Positions 1-8,887 of a stretch of DNA of 64,000 nucleotides are shown in pieces. This DNA comes from a virus (lineage: Duplodnaviria; Caudoviricetes): positions 638 through 64,637 of the IMG/VR virus record IMGVR_UViG_3300021255_002239. One strand, written 5' to 3'. The position numbers were made by a program, and so were the translations under genes. Position 1 is the first letter of the stretch, and the number at the start of each line of letters is the position of its first letter. The notes under the pieces were generated by a model. The model worked only from the letters and a program-made list of their open reading frames with translations, made no database searches and was not told the origin of the DNA.

Positions 1-103
1 AAGCTTCATTGTCTTCTGGAGTACCGATTTCCTTCCGCAGATTCCAATACTCTGCCATGAAAGCAGACTCCATCGCTTTACGCTGTTCATCTATCTGAGC
101 CAT
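1..103 (-). CDS. Hypothetical protein, runs off the window start (partial)
   Basis: ATG at 103 just after the helicase stop, GAGGTGG RBS upstream, open to position 1 (MAQIDEQRKAMESAF...). Confidence 0.5.
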   Translation of the reverse strand, partial: MAQIDEQRKAMESAFMAEYWNLRKEIGTPEDNEA

Positions 104-113
104 GATTACCACC

Positions 114-2153
114 TCAATCGAATACTGGATCTTCACCCTTTGGCAAAGGTGTAAATCCATCAGATTTATCCCATCCGTAGATTTTGTTTTCTGTTGGATC
201 GTTCTTTAATCTCTTGGTTTCTACTTCATACCACAGCGGAATGAAGATGTCCTGGTTGCCACCATCACGATCTTTTGCGATCTCGATTACGTTTGTGGCC
301 TGATATAAAGGATTATCATCTCGCCATCCAAACATCGCTTTCGAAAGCCTCTGGAAGTCATTGTTATTCCTGTGAATGATGAATGCATTGTCAACAGCAT
401 TGCCAAGATCCGCAGTGCCGGAAATGTCATCCAGGCGAAGGAATCCAAGACTTTTTCGTGGATGCGCTACAAACAGGATGTGGATGCCAAGCTTTTCTGC
501 CATCTCATGAAGCGACCAGACGAAAGCTGTCTGTGCTTCAAACTTATTGTCAGATAAACCTGTGATATTGAATGCCATTAAGTTATCCAGGATAAGAAGC
601 TCCAAATGGTCGCTCTCGACCTTCTTCTGGAATTCTTCCTTAACCGCCATATAGTCATTGCCATACTCATTGTTATACAGAAAGAAGTTTTGACCCATCC
701 ATTCTGCGATCTGTCTTTGTGTATCACGGTTCACGTTATACCAGTTTGCGTACTGTGTAGGCTCTACATGACCTTTGCCGGCAGCTTGCAGATTTGTCCA
801 GCGCATATAATTCTTGGCAGATAACTCTCCAGAAAACACACCGACCTTATTGCCGTTATTGCAACACTCCAAAGCAATCCCAGACAGCCATGTAGACTTT
901 GCTGAACCTCTAAGTCCAGACAGAACACTTACGGTTCCTCGCTTTAGTCCACGGAGCCTTTTGTCGAGATTCGTAGTTCCGGTTCTGATAAATGACTCCT
1001 CTTCTTTTGGCATATCGATAATCTGTTTTGCTGTCATGAAGACCGGCAGACCTTCTTTAGGCTGGATTTTTTTGAACTCCTTCTGAGGCTTTGATTTCGA
1101 ATAAATCCGCTCCTCATAATCCATCTGCTTTTTTTCATAGGCATCAGGCTCAAACAGGACTCGCACATCTCGCCATTTTTTGTCAGAACAGCTGTTATGG
1201 AAACAGTGAAATCCTATCCTTCCATCTGCACTTTGAAAGATGACCGCATCCTTACCTTTGTGGTTTGTATCGAATGGGCAGTGATCCAGAATGTACTTGT
1301 CCCCACCCGAAAACGAGGATTTCTGATAGCCTACACCATACTTATCCAGCCATTCCTGAAGGTTAAAGTCTCTCGGACGATAATTGTTATATCGCTGTGG
1401 CTTCTCTTCCTGCGGATAGTATGTTACAAGCTTTTCAATGTACTTCCGGTCGGTAAACTTTATTACCTCTGGGACCACAAGTATCCGGCTCATTCGATGC
1501 CTTGCGAATTCAGAATCAACACCCTTTTGCGCTCTGGTTCCATATAACTTGCAGACCCTGGATGGATTGAAATTTTTCATATCAACATCGATGAAATCAT
1601 CAGCAAACAACATGTTAAGAGTCTTCAATGACTGTTCCAGTAACTTCTTGTTATCTGGATTGTTTGCCATATGTACCTTGTACAGAAGATGGTATCCATT
1701 GCCGCTGAATCCTACGATAGGCTTCTCAAAGCCAACATTATCTAGGAACTGCATGATCTTTCCGCAGAGGATCCTTGCCATCTCTATCTGCTCTTCTGTT
1801 GACGATGTTTTTGTCGGCCTTTTGGGATCTAGGTCAATCAAAAACCAGTCATAACCGATTACATCATTGTCACTGGTAGTGGCATCTGCATTCTTGACAA
1901 ATCTGTTCCTTTGGGACCTTGTGTAGCACTGTTCGTTCAGTGTGTTCAGCGTGATATAGATGTTACAATCACCGAAATCGACAATCTCTGAGAATGCGTT
2001 CCATAGGGCATCTGCTGACCGGAAGTAGCCGGAATACATTTTCTTGCTGTTGTATATCAACCTGCATTCAAACAATTGACCTTCCGGCTTCATCACCTGG
2101 ATGGCTTTGGCAATCTCTATGCCATTTAAAATCTCATCACTCATCATTGCCAC
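114..2153 (-). CDS. Primase-helicase fusion (primase/polymerase-like N-terminus, DnaB/SF4-like helicase C-terminus)
   Basis: N-terminal LIDLDPKRP and SGNGYHL motifs, central CPF..H..C.H..C zinc motif, Walker A SGLRGSAKST, LILDNL Walker B, HPRK motif. Confidence 0.8.
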   Translation of the reverse strand: MAMMSDEILNGIEIAKAIQVMKPEGQLFECRLIYNSKKMYSGYFRSADALWNAFSEIVDFGDCNIYITLNTLNEQCYTRSQRNRFVKNADATTSDNDVIGYDWFLIDLDPKRPTKTSSTEEQIEMARILCGKIMQFLDNVGFEKPIVGFSGNGYHLLYKVHMANNPDNKKLLEQSLKTLNMLFADDFIDVDMKNFNPSRVCKLYGTRAQKGVDSEFARHRMSRILVVPEVIKFTDRKYIEKLVTYYPQEEKPQRYNNYRPRDFNLQEWLDKYGVGYQKSSFSGGDKYILDHCPFDTNHKGKDAVIFQSADGRIGFHCFHNSCSDKKWRDVRVLFEPDAYEKKQMDYEERIYSKSKPQKEFKKIQPKEGLPVFMTAKQIIDMPKEEESFIRTGTTNLDKRLRGLKRGTVSVLSGLRGSAKSTWLSGIALECCNNGNKVGVFSGELSAKNYMRWTNLQAAGKGHVEPTQYANWYNVNRDTQRQIAEWMGQNFFLYNNEYGNDYMAVKEEFQKKVESDHLELLILDNLMAFNITGLSDNKFEAQTAFVWSLHEMAEKLGIHILFVAHPRKSLGFLRLDDISGTADLGNAVDNAFIIHRNNNDFQRLSKAMFGWRDDNPLYQATNVIEIAKDRDGGNQDIFIPLWYEVETKRLKNDPTENKIYGWDKSDGFTPLPKGEDPVFD

Positions 2154-2953
2154 CCTTCGGCATCATCAAACAAAGAACATTGATTATCATTGTTGTCATC
2201 TGACGATGTGTAATTATCATCTAAGTAGTCAACATATCCTGAGTTAAAGAATGTAGAACCATGCATGATAAATCTGTCTTCATATCCTTTTTCTTTAACA
2301 AACATCTTGTATCTTTCGATACATTTAATCATTTGTTCTTTGCCAATCTTAAACAAAACTTTTTTCTTTGATTTTGATACTTTACCTTTTCCTTCTTTTC
2401 TAGGATATAGTTTCCATATCTCATCAAAAAAAGATTCATAGTCATTTGACAATTCGTGGTACGATTCGTGGACGATTCGTTCATTCTCATTGTCATTATC
2501 ATTATTTATGTATTTATCATTTATATGTTCTAAATAATCTTTAATAGTTAAATTAAGATCATCTATGTTATTTAATGAATTAAATACATATGATAATAAT
2601 GATTTATCTTTAACCATTGATTCTTCTTTAAGCAAACAATCCATTACTGGTTTTCCACCTTTAACAATTGAATGCTTTAGGAAATTCTTAATGGCTATTT
2701 CAGATGTTTCTTTTGAGTAACGAATGATGCCGTATTTATTTTCGAACCTATCAAGAAGGACATTTACAGAATCAATCGAATACCCAAGTTCAAAAGCTGC
2801 TTTCTTCGGGACCAGTTGATATATTCCAAGTTGTGATGTGTGAGGATTTGTAAGAAGATAAAGCATAAAGTATTTGTCTTCTGGTGAAAAATCATTAACT
2901 ACTTTTTCGTCTTCCCAAAACCCTGTGCTTACCACTCTTGCATAGTGTTTCAT
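2144..2953 (-). CDS. Phage replication initiator / replisome organiser
   Basis: Start refined to MKHYARVVSTGFWED (ATGA overlap with upstream gene); C-terminal WKLYPRKEGK...HGSTFFN domain typical of phage Rep proteins; AT-rich central repeats. Confidence 0.7.
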   Translation of the reverse strand: MKHYARVVSTGFWEDEKVVNDFSPEDKYFMLYLLTNPHTSQLGIYQLVPKKAAFELGYSIDSVNVLLDRFENKYGIIRYSKETSEIAIKNFLKHSIVKGGKPVMDCLLKEESMVKDKSLLSYVFNSLNNIDDLNLTIKDYLEHINDKYINNDNDNENERIVHESYHELSNDYESFFDEIWKLYPRKEGKGKVSKSKKKVLFKIGKEQMIKCIERYKMFVKEKGYEDRFIMHGSTFFNSGYVDYLDDNYTSSDDNNDNQCSLFDDAEGWQ

Positions 2954-3699
2954 GTCAAACCCCTCATTTCTTCCTGGAACTCTGTCCAGTTTCTGCAAGA
3001 GGAGCAAATTGTTTTTATTTCATTGAAATCTGCACCTTTTTCCAGAGCTTCCTTAATGATCAAATACGCTTTTGATTTATTCACATATGTAAAGCGGTTT
3101 ATAAGGATTTTTCTGAGATAATAAATATTTTTTTGACTCTGATTCATCGGATTTCTTTTGTAAAATGCGATGGCAGAAACCTTTGATATCACTATGTTTA
3201 CAGAATTTTCTGAACCGTCATAATATTGGAGTAAAGCAACATCAAGAGCATCCAGAAGTTCCAAAATGCTATATGTATTAAGCAATTTTCTTATGTTTTT
3301 TCTTCCAACTTCCGTAAGATGATGATTATCTCCGCAGAAATCTTGAATCGTCTTTTCAAATGTATTTATTTCAGATTCCCTAACATTCTTTAAACTGTCT
3401 CTCCATTCAAGCATCATCTGGAGTTGTTCGTTTTTTTCTGCCAGATCTTGAATCTGTTTCTGCTGTTTTTGGACTGTAGAATTATCGGAAAGCGTTCTGT
3501 CACTTTTGCCCCTATTGCAGTCTTTGCAGGAAGTGATAAGATTAAGAATGTCGTTTCCACCACCCTTTGATATCGGATGGATATGATCCACTTCAAGGAT
3601 TACTTCTGGTGCAGACCGTCCACAGTACTGGCAAGTAAATTTATCTCTTTTAAATACTTCGAAACGTATTTTCTTTGTCAGTTTCCTTCTCTCAGCCAT
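2950..3699 (-). CDS. HNH endonuclease with helical C-terminal extension
   Basis: RDKFTCQYCG...EVDHIHPISKGG.N...NLITSCKDCN. Confidence 0.85.
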   Translation of the reverse strand: MAERRKLTKKIRFEVFKRDKFTCQYCGRSAPEVILEVDHIHPISKGGGNDILNLITSCKDCNRGKSDRTLSDNSTVQKQQKQIQDLAEKNEQLQMMLEWRDSLKNVRESEINTFEKTIQDFCGDNHHLTEVGRKNIRKLLNTYSILELLDALDVALLQYYDGSENSVNIVISKVSAIAFYKRNPMNQSQKNIYYLRKILINRFTYVNKSKAYLIIKEALEKGADFNEIKTICSSCRNWTEFQEEMRGLT

Positions 3700-4270
3700 G
3701 CCACGCACCACCTTCCAACAAAGCAACGATCACCGCACCTGCATGTTCCGGTCGGCAGAAGATGAATTCGCATTTATACTTGTACTCCATCGTCATGCAG
3801 CTTCTCATGAGTTGAACACCTCGCACAGCGTTCGGAAATGCCTGTTTTCCCTGTCTTCTGATCAACAGGCGAGGATTTATCCACCGATGCAATTCACGCA
3901 GTTCTGTGATGCCATCAGCGTTTTCTACGACCACATATAGTTTGATACCATTGTTCATTGCCAGAACACATTCATCTCTAAATCGCGCATGTTGTGGTCC
4001 GCAGACGTTTCCACATAACTCTTGGATATCCTTCTTGGAATCCACAGCCACATTGTAGGTTCCCATCAGATCCATCATCTTGACAGGAATGCCTCTTTTT
4101 TCTTTTCTGGCGAATACATCAGCGATCTTGTCATTGACAAGAACATAATCACCAACCGGAAGCCTTTGTCGAACGACCTGAATGCCATTCTGCATCCAGT
4201 AAGTGTTTTTCATCTTATGCTTTCCAGGTTTATTGTTTACGTCCTCAAGAATCACCATTACCTTTATCAC
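3692..4270 (-). CDS. ERCC4-domain nuclease (probable Holliday junction resolvase)
   Basis: ILEDVNNK, LPVGDY, VDSKKDIQEL, RFRDEC, LYVVVEN motifs. Confidence 0.7.
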   Translation of the reverse strand: MIKVMVILEDVNNKPGKHKMKNTYWMQNGIQVVRQRLPVGDYVLVNDKIADVFARKEKRGIPVKMMDLMGTYNVAVDSKKDIQELCGNVCGPQHARFRDECVLAMNNGIKLYVVVENADGITELRELHRWINPRLLIRRQGKQAFPNAVRGVQLMRSCMTMEYKYKCEFIFCRPEHAGAVIVALLEGGAWHG

Positions 4271-4664
4271 CGTCCTTTTTTAGCTCAGACCAGACATACG
4301 TTCTAGGCTTGTATTCCTTATCTTTTTCCAGACGTTCTTCTTCCATCATCTGCTGCTTGACCAATGTTTTTGCAGACTGTATGAACATTTTCGTCCGCTC
4401 ATTTCTGGAAAACTGGACTACATTTTCTAGTAGTTCCATCTGGTTTTTGGCTTTTCGTCTTTTTATACGGCTTTCATGGATAGCAGTTGCCGTTTTTGCT
4501 CTGGACTTGCTATCCGTGTCGAATTCAAGTAGATGCCAGAAGTCCTGATGTTTAGCTTCTTCTTCCCACACTTGATTCTTAGCCGTCTCATATTCTTTTT
4601 GGCACGATTTAAGGTAATCGAGAAATTCTTGAATGACTTCGGAAGGTTTCTTATCCTTTGCCAT
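4245..4664 (-). CDS. Hypothetical coiled-coil protein
   Basis: ORF tiled in operon with short overlaps. Confidence 0.6.
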   Translation of the reverse strand: MAKDKKPSEVIQEFLDYLKSCQKEYETAKNQVWEEEAKHQDFWHLLEFDTDSKSRAKTATAIHESRIKRRKAKNQMELLENVVQFSRNERTKMFIQSAKTLVKQQMMEEERLEKDKEYKPRTYVWSELKKDGDKGNGDS

Positions 4665-4678
4665 TCAATCACCACCTA

Positions 4679-5212
4679 TCAGGTAAAGGGAATGTCATCA
4701 CCGCTTCCTGGTGGAATCTGCATCCAAGGCTGTGGTGCATTGGACTGTTGCTGATAGGCTTGTTGTGGCGCATACTGAGGCTGTGCCGGAGCCTGTTGTG
4801 GCGCATACTGCTGTGGTGGTGCTTGCTGATACTGAGGCTGTGGCGCATTATACTGTGGCACAGGAGCTGGAGCCGGTGCAGGAGCAGCTGTCTGCTGAGA
4901 TGCTTTGCTTTCTACGAATTCACAGTTTTCTACGACCACATCTGTTGTGTACACCTTCTGGCCGTCTTTATTGGTGTAGGATCCAGTCTGGATGCGACCT
5001 GTGATACCAATCCTCTGCCCTTTGGCGAAATACTTGTTGATGAATTCAGCCGTCTTTCCGAAAGCCACGCAGGAGATGAAGTCTGCGTTCTGGTCGTTCT
5101 CACGCTTAAATCTGCGATCAACAGCCACTGTGATCCTTGCGACCTGTGTTTCACCGGCCTGTGTTAATGAAACGTCATTGCAAATGCGCCCGACTATACT
5201 CACGATGTTCAT
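4679..5212 (-). CDS. ssb: Single-stranded DNA-binding protein
   Basis: MNIVSIVGRI, ADFISCVAFGKTAEF, GRIQTGSY, Pro/Gln-rich linker, acidic DDIPF tail. Confidence 0.95.
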   Translation of the reverse strand: MNIVSIVGRICNDVSLTQAGETQVARITVAVDRRFKRENDQNADFISCVAFGKTAEFINKYFAKGQRIGITGRIQTGSYTNKDGQKVYTTDVVVENCEFVESKASQQTAAPAPAPAPVPQYNAPQPQYQQAPPQQYAPQQAPAQPQYAPQQAYQQQSNAPQPWMQIPPGSGDDIPFT

Positions 5213-5496
5213 GCTTCGTTCTCCTTATTCACAGCTTCTTTCAGGGTTTTACCAGGCTTGATAACCGGAAGAACCTTGCGAGGATAGATCGTTCTGCACT
5301 GCCTTGCAGGATTAAATGCTTCTCTTTCTTCTTTTACTTTTGTTTCAAACGTGCAGAAACCGGGAAGCTGCACACGATCACCGGCCACAAGCTGTTCCGT
5401 TACGATGTCAATAAATGCATACAGTGTCGGCTCGACCTTATTCATCGGGATCTTGGTTCTTTCGGAAATTGCATGGATAAGTTCGCTTCTTGTCAT
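5209..5496 (-). CDS. hup: HU family DNA-binding protein
   Basis: MTRSELIHAISERT, VQLPGFCTFE, AFNP, PVIKPGKTLKEAVN. Confidence 0.9.
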   Translation of the reverse strand: MTRSELIHAISERTKIPMNKVEPTLYAFIDIVTEQLVAGDRVQLPGFCTFETKVKEEREAFNPARQCRTIYPRKVLPVIKPGKTLKEAVNKENEA

Positions 5497-5498
5497 AT

Positions 5499-6194
5499 TT
5501 ACACCTCAATTCTTTTATTTTTTTCTGCGACCCAGACCTTAGTGAATGGAAACTCATCTTGCACTTCATTCAAAAACCTGTCTGGATCACCGTTAACCTG
5601 TGACAAGTGAATCAGTCCAATCGATTGTAGCTGTTCACTGTAGATGGTTCTCAGGAACCGTTTACATGTCTGAAGCTCCATGTGTCCACAGAGGATATGA
5701 TTTTTATTCACTTCGGTCATCTCCAGATAATCGATACTATAATTGCATTCGATCATCACATGGTTAATGCCAGCTTTTGACATATCGTATGGACACATTT
5801 CAGCATCAGTTATATATAACAGACTGCCGAATTCTGGATGCCGGATTAAAAATCCATCACAATCTGTCTCGTTGTGTGGAACTGAAAATGGAATCACCTC
5901 AAATCCACCTATCTTCTGTACCTTCATCCGTTCCATACACAGCACCGGAGTCTCTGCCCTACTTTCTGGTGTCATGTATATCGGGAATCCATACTTCAAA
6001 TAGTCTTTGACATATTGGACATGATCACTGTGAACGTGGGAAATGATGCAACCACACACGTTTCTCACATTAAAATTTATAGTTTTTAACAATTCCACTG
6101 ATCTTATCCCACATTCGATCAGCAACCATTCCCTTTTTGTTTGGATAAGGTAACCGTTTCCGTCTGAACCGGAACCCAAAATAGCAATCTGCAT
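5499..6194 (-). CDS. Metallo-beta-lactamase-fold exonuclease
   Basis: LGSGSDGN, SHVHSDH, VPHN, YITD, IECNY, IHLS motifs; sits beside recombinase and SSB. Confidence 0.88.
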   Translation of the reverse strand: MQIAILGSGSDGNGYLIQTKREWLLIECGIRSVELLKTINFNVRNVCGCIISHVHSDHVQYVKDYLKYGFPIYMTPESRAETPVLCMERMKVQKIGGFEVIPFSVPHNETDCDGFLIRHPEFGSLLYITDAEMCPYDMSKAGINHVMIECNYSIDYLEMTEVNKNHILCGHMELQTCKRFLRTIYSEQLQSIGLIHLSQVNGDPDRFLNEVQDEFPFTKVWVAEKNKRIEV

Positions 6195-6313
6195 ATATCA
6201 TTTTCTCACTTGTCTCTATCTCTATTTCAGACAGTAAATACGTTTTATGGTAGATTTACCTATCAAAAGGTAGTTACGCATTTTCTGTCGGTTTCTAAAC
6301 CGATGAAATCGAG

Positions 6314-6622
6314 TTATTTTTGATTCTGCGACTCTCTGTACCGTCTGAGGTTTTCTGCATAAGCTTTTTTCTGCTCTTCAGTCAGCTGTCTGCCTATTCT
6401 TTTCTTGTGCCGGAAGCTAATGAATTCTGCCGGACATTCATATGTATTGGACACCAAATCACCTTCGTGCATTTCCTGACTGATAAATCTCCATCCGCAG
6501 TCTTCTTTGACATACTTATCCAGTTTCGTAATTAACCGTTCATCACTGGTGTAGACACTAGCTGTCTTGTCTAAACGACCGATATTGATGACGGTTTCAC
6601 GTTCTTCAAGTGCCGGCCTCAT
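6314..6622 (-). CDS. Hypothetical phage protein
   Basis: ORF with ATGA overlap to upstream gene. Confidence 0.6.
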   Translation of the reverse strand: MRPALEERETVINIGRLDKTASVYTSDERLITKLDKYVKEDCGWRFISQEMHEGDLVSNTYECPAEFISFRHKKRIGRQLTEEQKKAYAENLRRYRESQNQK

Positions 6623-7599
6623 GACATCACCTCTGCTTCCCCTTCAATAAGGAATGGTGTCGAGTTTTCCTGCTCTGCGATCTCTTCTCTGGAAACCTTA
6701 TAGACTTCATCCATCTGGATCATTGACTGGTTCGCCAAAGTACTCATATCCTTCGGGAATCTACGGATAGCATTGTTCCGCATCTTCCTTATGATCATTG
6801 ACTCGGAAGAATCCAACCAGGCTGCGGAGATGTAAGGCTTTGCCACCTCGCACTTGAGCATGTCATCTACGGTTTCGCACTGCCTGAGAGCTTCGTAGAT
6901 TTCCTCTTTCTTTGCTTTTATCTTCTGGATCTGCTCTGCTGTGGCATCGTACCTGCTCTTACAGATACCAAATGTTTCATTCATCAGGTTCTGCCGGATG
7001 TGCGCCATCAGATTGACCTTTACGCTGTCACGTTCAGCGATCAGATAATCTTCTCCGTCTTTCCCTTTAAGCTTCACAGGATAAACGACTCTGATCACTT
7101 TACTGGATGTTCCTTTCGGCTCCCAGACAGGCGGTTCGACAGCAAGTCCTTTACGTTTCGGGAATTCAAACACATCCCCCTCGCAGACTTCCCAGACCGG
7201 ATAAACCTTCTGGACGTTCACTCCGAAATTTCTGAGAAGTGCATCGTATCCAGATCCCATGATGCCCATCTCTACTTCCTTTACCCAGTTAGTTCCAATC
7301 TTCTTATTCCGAAGCTGGAAGAAAACCTCTGCCGGAAATGATGTGGCTGACAGTTTAAGGGAAGCGCATCTAAGGACAATGTCTCTCAGATTTGATGTGT
7401 CAACCTGTGATAAATCAGCTTTGTCTGTGTTCTGGACAAGCTGATAAATGGCTCCCATCGCATCGACAGCACACTTCTTGGAATAATCGTCAAACTCGAT
7501 CATTCCAGAATCAAACTTGGCTGAAACCTCGTTCAAGGCCCAGTTCGTCCAGCCGCCCAAATTTGTTGTGGATGTGATCTGTATTTCGTTCTTTTCCAT
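6619..7599 (-). CDS. Putative single-strand annealing recombinase (RecT/Bet-like)
   Basis: Position between SMC-like ATPase and MBL nuclease/SSB; C-terminal ESMIIRKMRNNAIRRFP resembles the RecT signature. Confidence 0.55.
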   Translation of the reverse strand: MEKNEIQITSTTNLGGWTNWALNEVSAKFDSGMIEFDDYSKKCAVDAMGAIYQLVQNTDKADLSQVDTSNLRDIVLRCASLKLSATSFPAEVFFQLRNKKIGTNWVKEVEMGIMGSGYDALLRNFGVNVQKVYPVWEVCEGDVFEFPKRKGLAVEPPVWEPKGTSSKVIRVVYPVKLKGKDGEDYLIAERDSVKVNLMAHIRQNLMNETFGICKSRYDATAEQIQKIKAKKEEIYEALRQCETVDDMLKCEVAKPYISAAWLDSSESMIIRKMRNNAIRRFPKDMSTLANQSMIQMDEVYKVSREEIAEQENSTPFLIEGEAEVMS

Positions 7600-7610
7600 T
7601 TAATACCTCA

Positions 7611-7985
7611 CTATTCTTGTGATTTATTTATAGGTTCTGGCCACTTAAAAACTTCATCAAATACATCCAATACATCAACAGCACTTACGACATCTTTTGC
7701 TCCAAGAGTTTCATAGAATTGTAATCTTCTATCGTATTTTGGAGCGAGTTTAGCCATTCCGAATTTTTGAAGTATTGATCTTGGTGTCAATAAACCATGA
7801 CATTTTTTGCAAACAACGATCATGTTTTCTTCACAATCCAGTTCTGGAATATTTATCCTATCGTCAACTATTTTTAAAACTGCAATTGGAATAATATGAT
7901 GCACCTCAAGCGTCCTTTTGCTTCCACATAACTCACATTGTTTTATTTCTGCTAATAGATTATTGTTTATATTTTTATTTCTCAT
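7611..7985 (-). CDS. HNH endonuclease (AT-rich insert)
   Basis: CELCG..LEVHHIIP...ENMIVVCKKCH. Confidence 0.85.
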   Translation of the reverse strand: MRNKNINNNLLAEIKQCELCGSKRTLEVHHIIPIAVLKIVDDRINIPELDCEENMIVVCKKCHGLLTPRSILQKFGMAKLAPKYDRRLQFYETLGAKDVVSAVDVLDVFDEVFKWPEPINKSQE

Positions 7986-8175
7986 TGTTTTTAAAAATCA
8001 CAATAGAATCTAACATCACATACTCGTTGTTGTATTGACCTTCTAACCGGCATTTATCTATGGCATCTTCTAGGCTTGCAGCACTATATGTTTTTATGCG
8101 GTATTGACAATCACACCATCCACAAGCGTAATAATGAATTTCATATTTGTTATGCGTATTTTTTATTTGTATCAA
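7975..8175 (-). CDS. Hypothetical protein
   Basis: Short ORF in operon, AT-rich. Confidence 0.45.
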   Translation of the reverse strand: MIQIKNTHNKYEIHYYACGWCDCQYRIKTYSAASLEDAIDKCRLEGQYNNEYVMLDSIVIFKNNEK

Positions 8176-8381
8176 CTCCTCGTATATTTGAACTGCCAGA
8201 CTCTTGTCGGCATTAACTCCGTATCATCGCCTCTTTCGGCAAAGAACCTGCGCATCGCAGCAGACAGCTTTCCGGTCTTGTAGTATGCTCTTTTTCTGGT
8301 ACCTTTCTTGCCATCGCTACTGATTCTGGCATACTCAATTGTGGTTACTGTCTCGATTTTCTTCGTTTTTGTTGCGCCCAT
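8172..8381 (-). CDS. Hypothetical protein
   Basis: Short basic ORF with GAGG RBS. Confidence 0.55.
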   Translation of the reverse strand: MGATKTKKIETVTTIEYARISSDGKKGTRKRAYYKTGKLSAAMRRFFAERGDDTELMPTRVWQFKYTRS

Positions 8382-8887
8382 GTTGTACCTCTCTTTATTC
8401 CACCTGCGTTGGTTTTCTTGTATATCTGGATGTACAGTTTCGTTTTATCTGGTCCGTCTGGATGGTCATGAATCCATTCTTCCTCGCACCAGTACCGACC
8501 GTATAGATCTCCATCAACGATAATGTTGATACCACCGGTCATCTTCTTTGATGTGCTTAATACTTCCATCTCTGCCAGATTGATTTTCTTTAGAAGACTA
8601 AGCATCCGCTTTGCGGTTACAATGTCCTGATATGAACGATCAACCTGCACTCTTCTGGTAGATGATGTTTCCAGGATTGTTTTCCTGTTCAGCAACTCTT
8701 CGTGTAATTGCTGTGTTTCTTCCAAGATGCTCTTGCCTATCTGTTTGAAATCATCGTGTATATACGGCAGATTTTCCTTTAGCCAGCCACTGGTGGCGAT
8801 GAGAAAGAACCCACAGCCACCAGAGCATCCTATACAGACTTTTGTCTTGTCATCGTTTATACCGTTGACGTAATCTAGAAGAGTCAT
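8345..8887 (-). CDS. Hypothetical protein
   Basis: Start refined to MTLLDYVNG (ATGA overlap with AAA gene). Confidence 0.6.
   Translation of the reverse strand: MTLLDYVNGINDDKTKVCIGCSGGCGFFLIATSGWLKENLPYIHDDFKQIGKSILEETQQLHEELLNRKTILETSSTRRVQVDRSYQDIVTAKRMLSLLKKINLAEMEVLSTSKKMTGGINIIVDGDLYGRYWCEEEWIHDHPDGPDKTKLYIQIYKKTNAGGIKRGTTWAQQKRRKSRQ

Noticed and set aside
4300-4335. Possible self-target of array unit 4 in EKDKEYKP codons
   Set aside because: Only a partial match to AAnAAnGAnAAnGAnGAnTAnAAnGGnGC; expected by chance in A/G-rich coding DNA
4740-4890. Repeats in ssb (APQQ, PQY)
   Set aside because: Ordinary Pro/Gln-rich SSB linker
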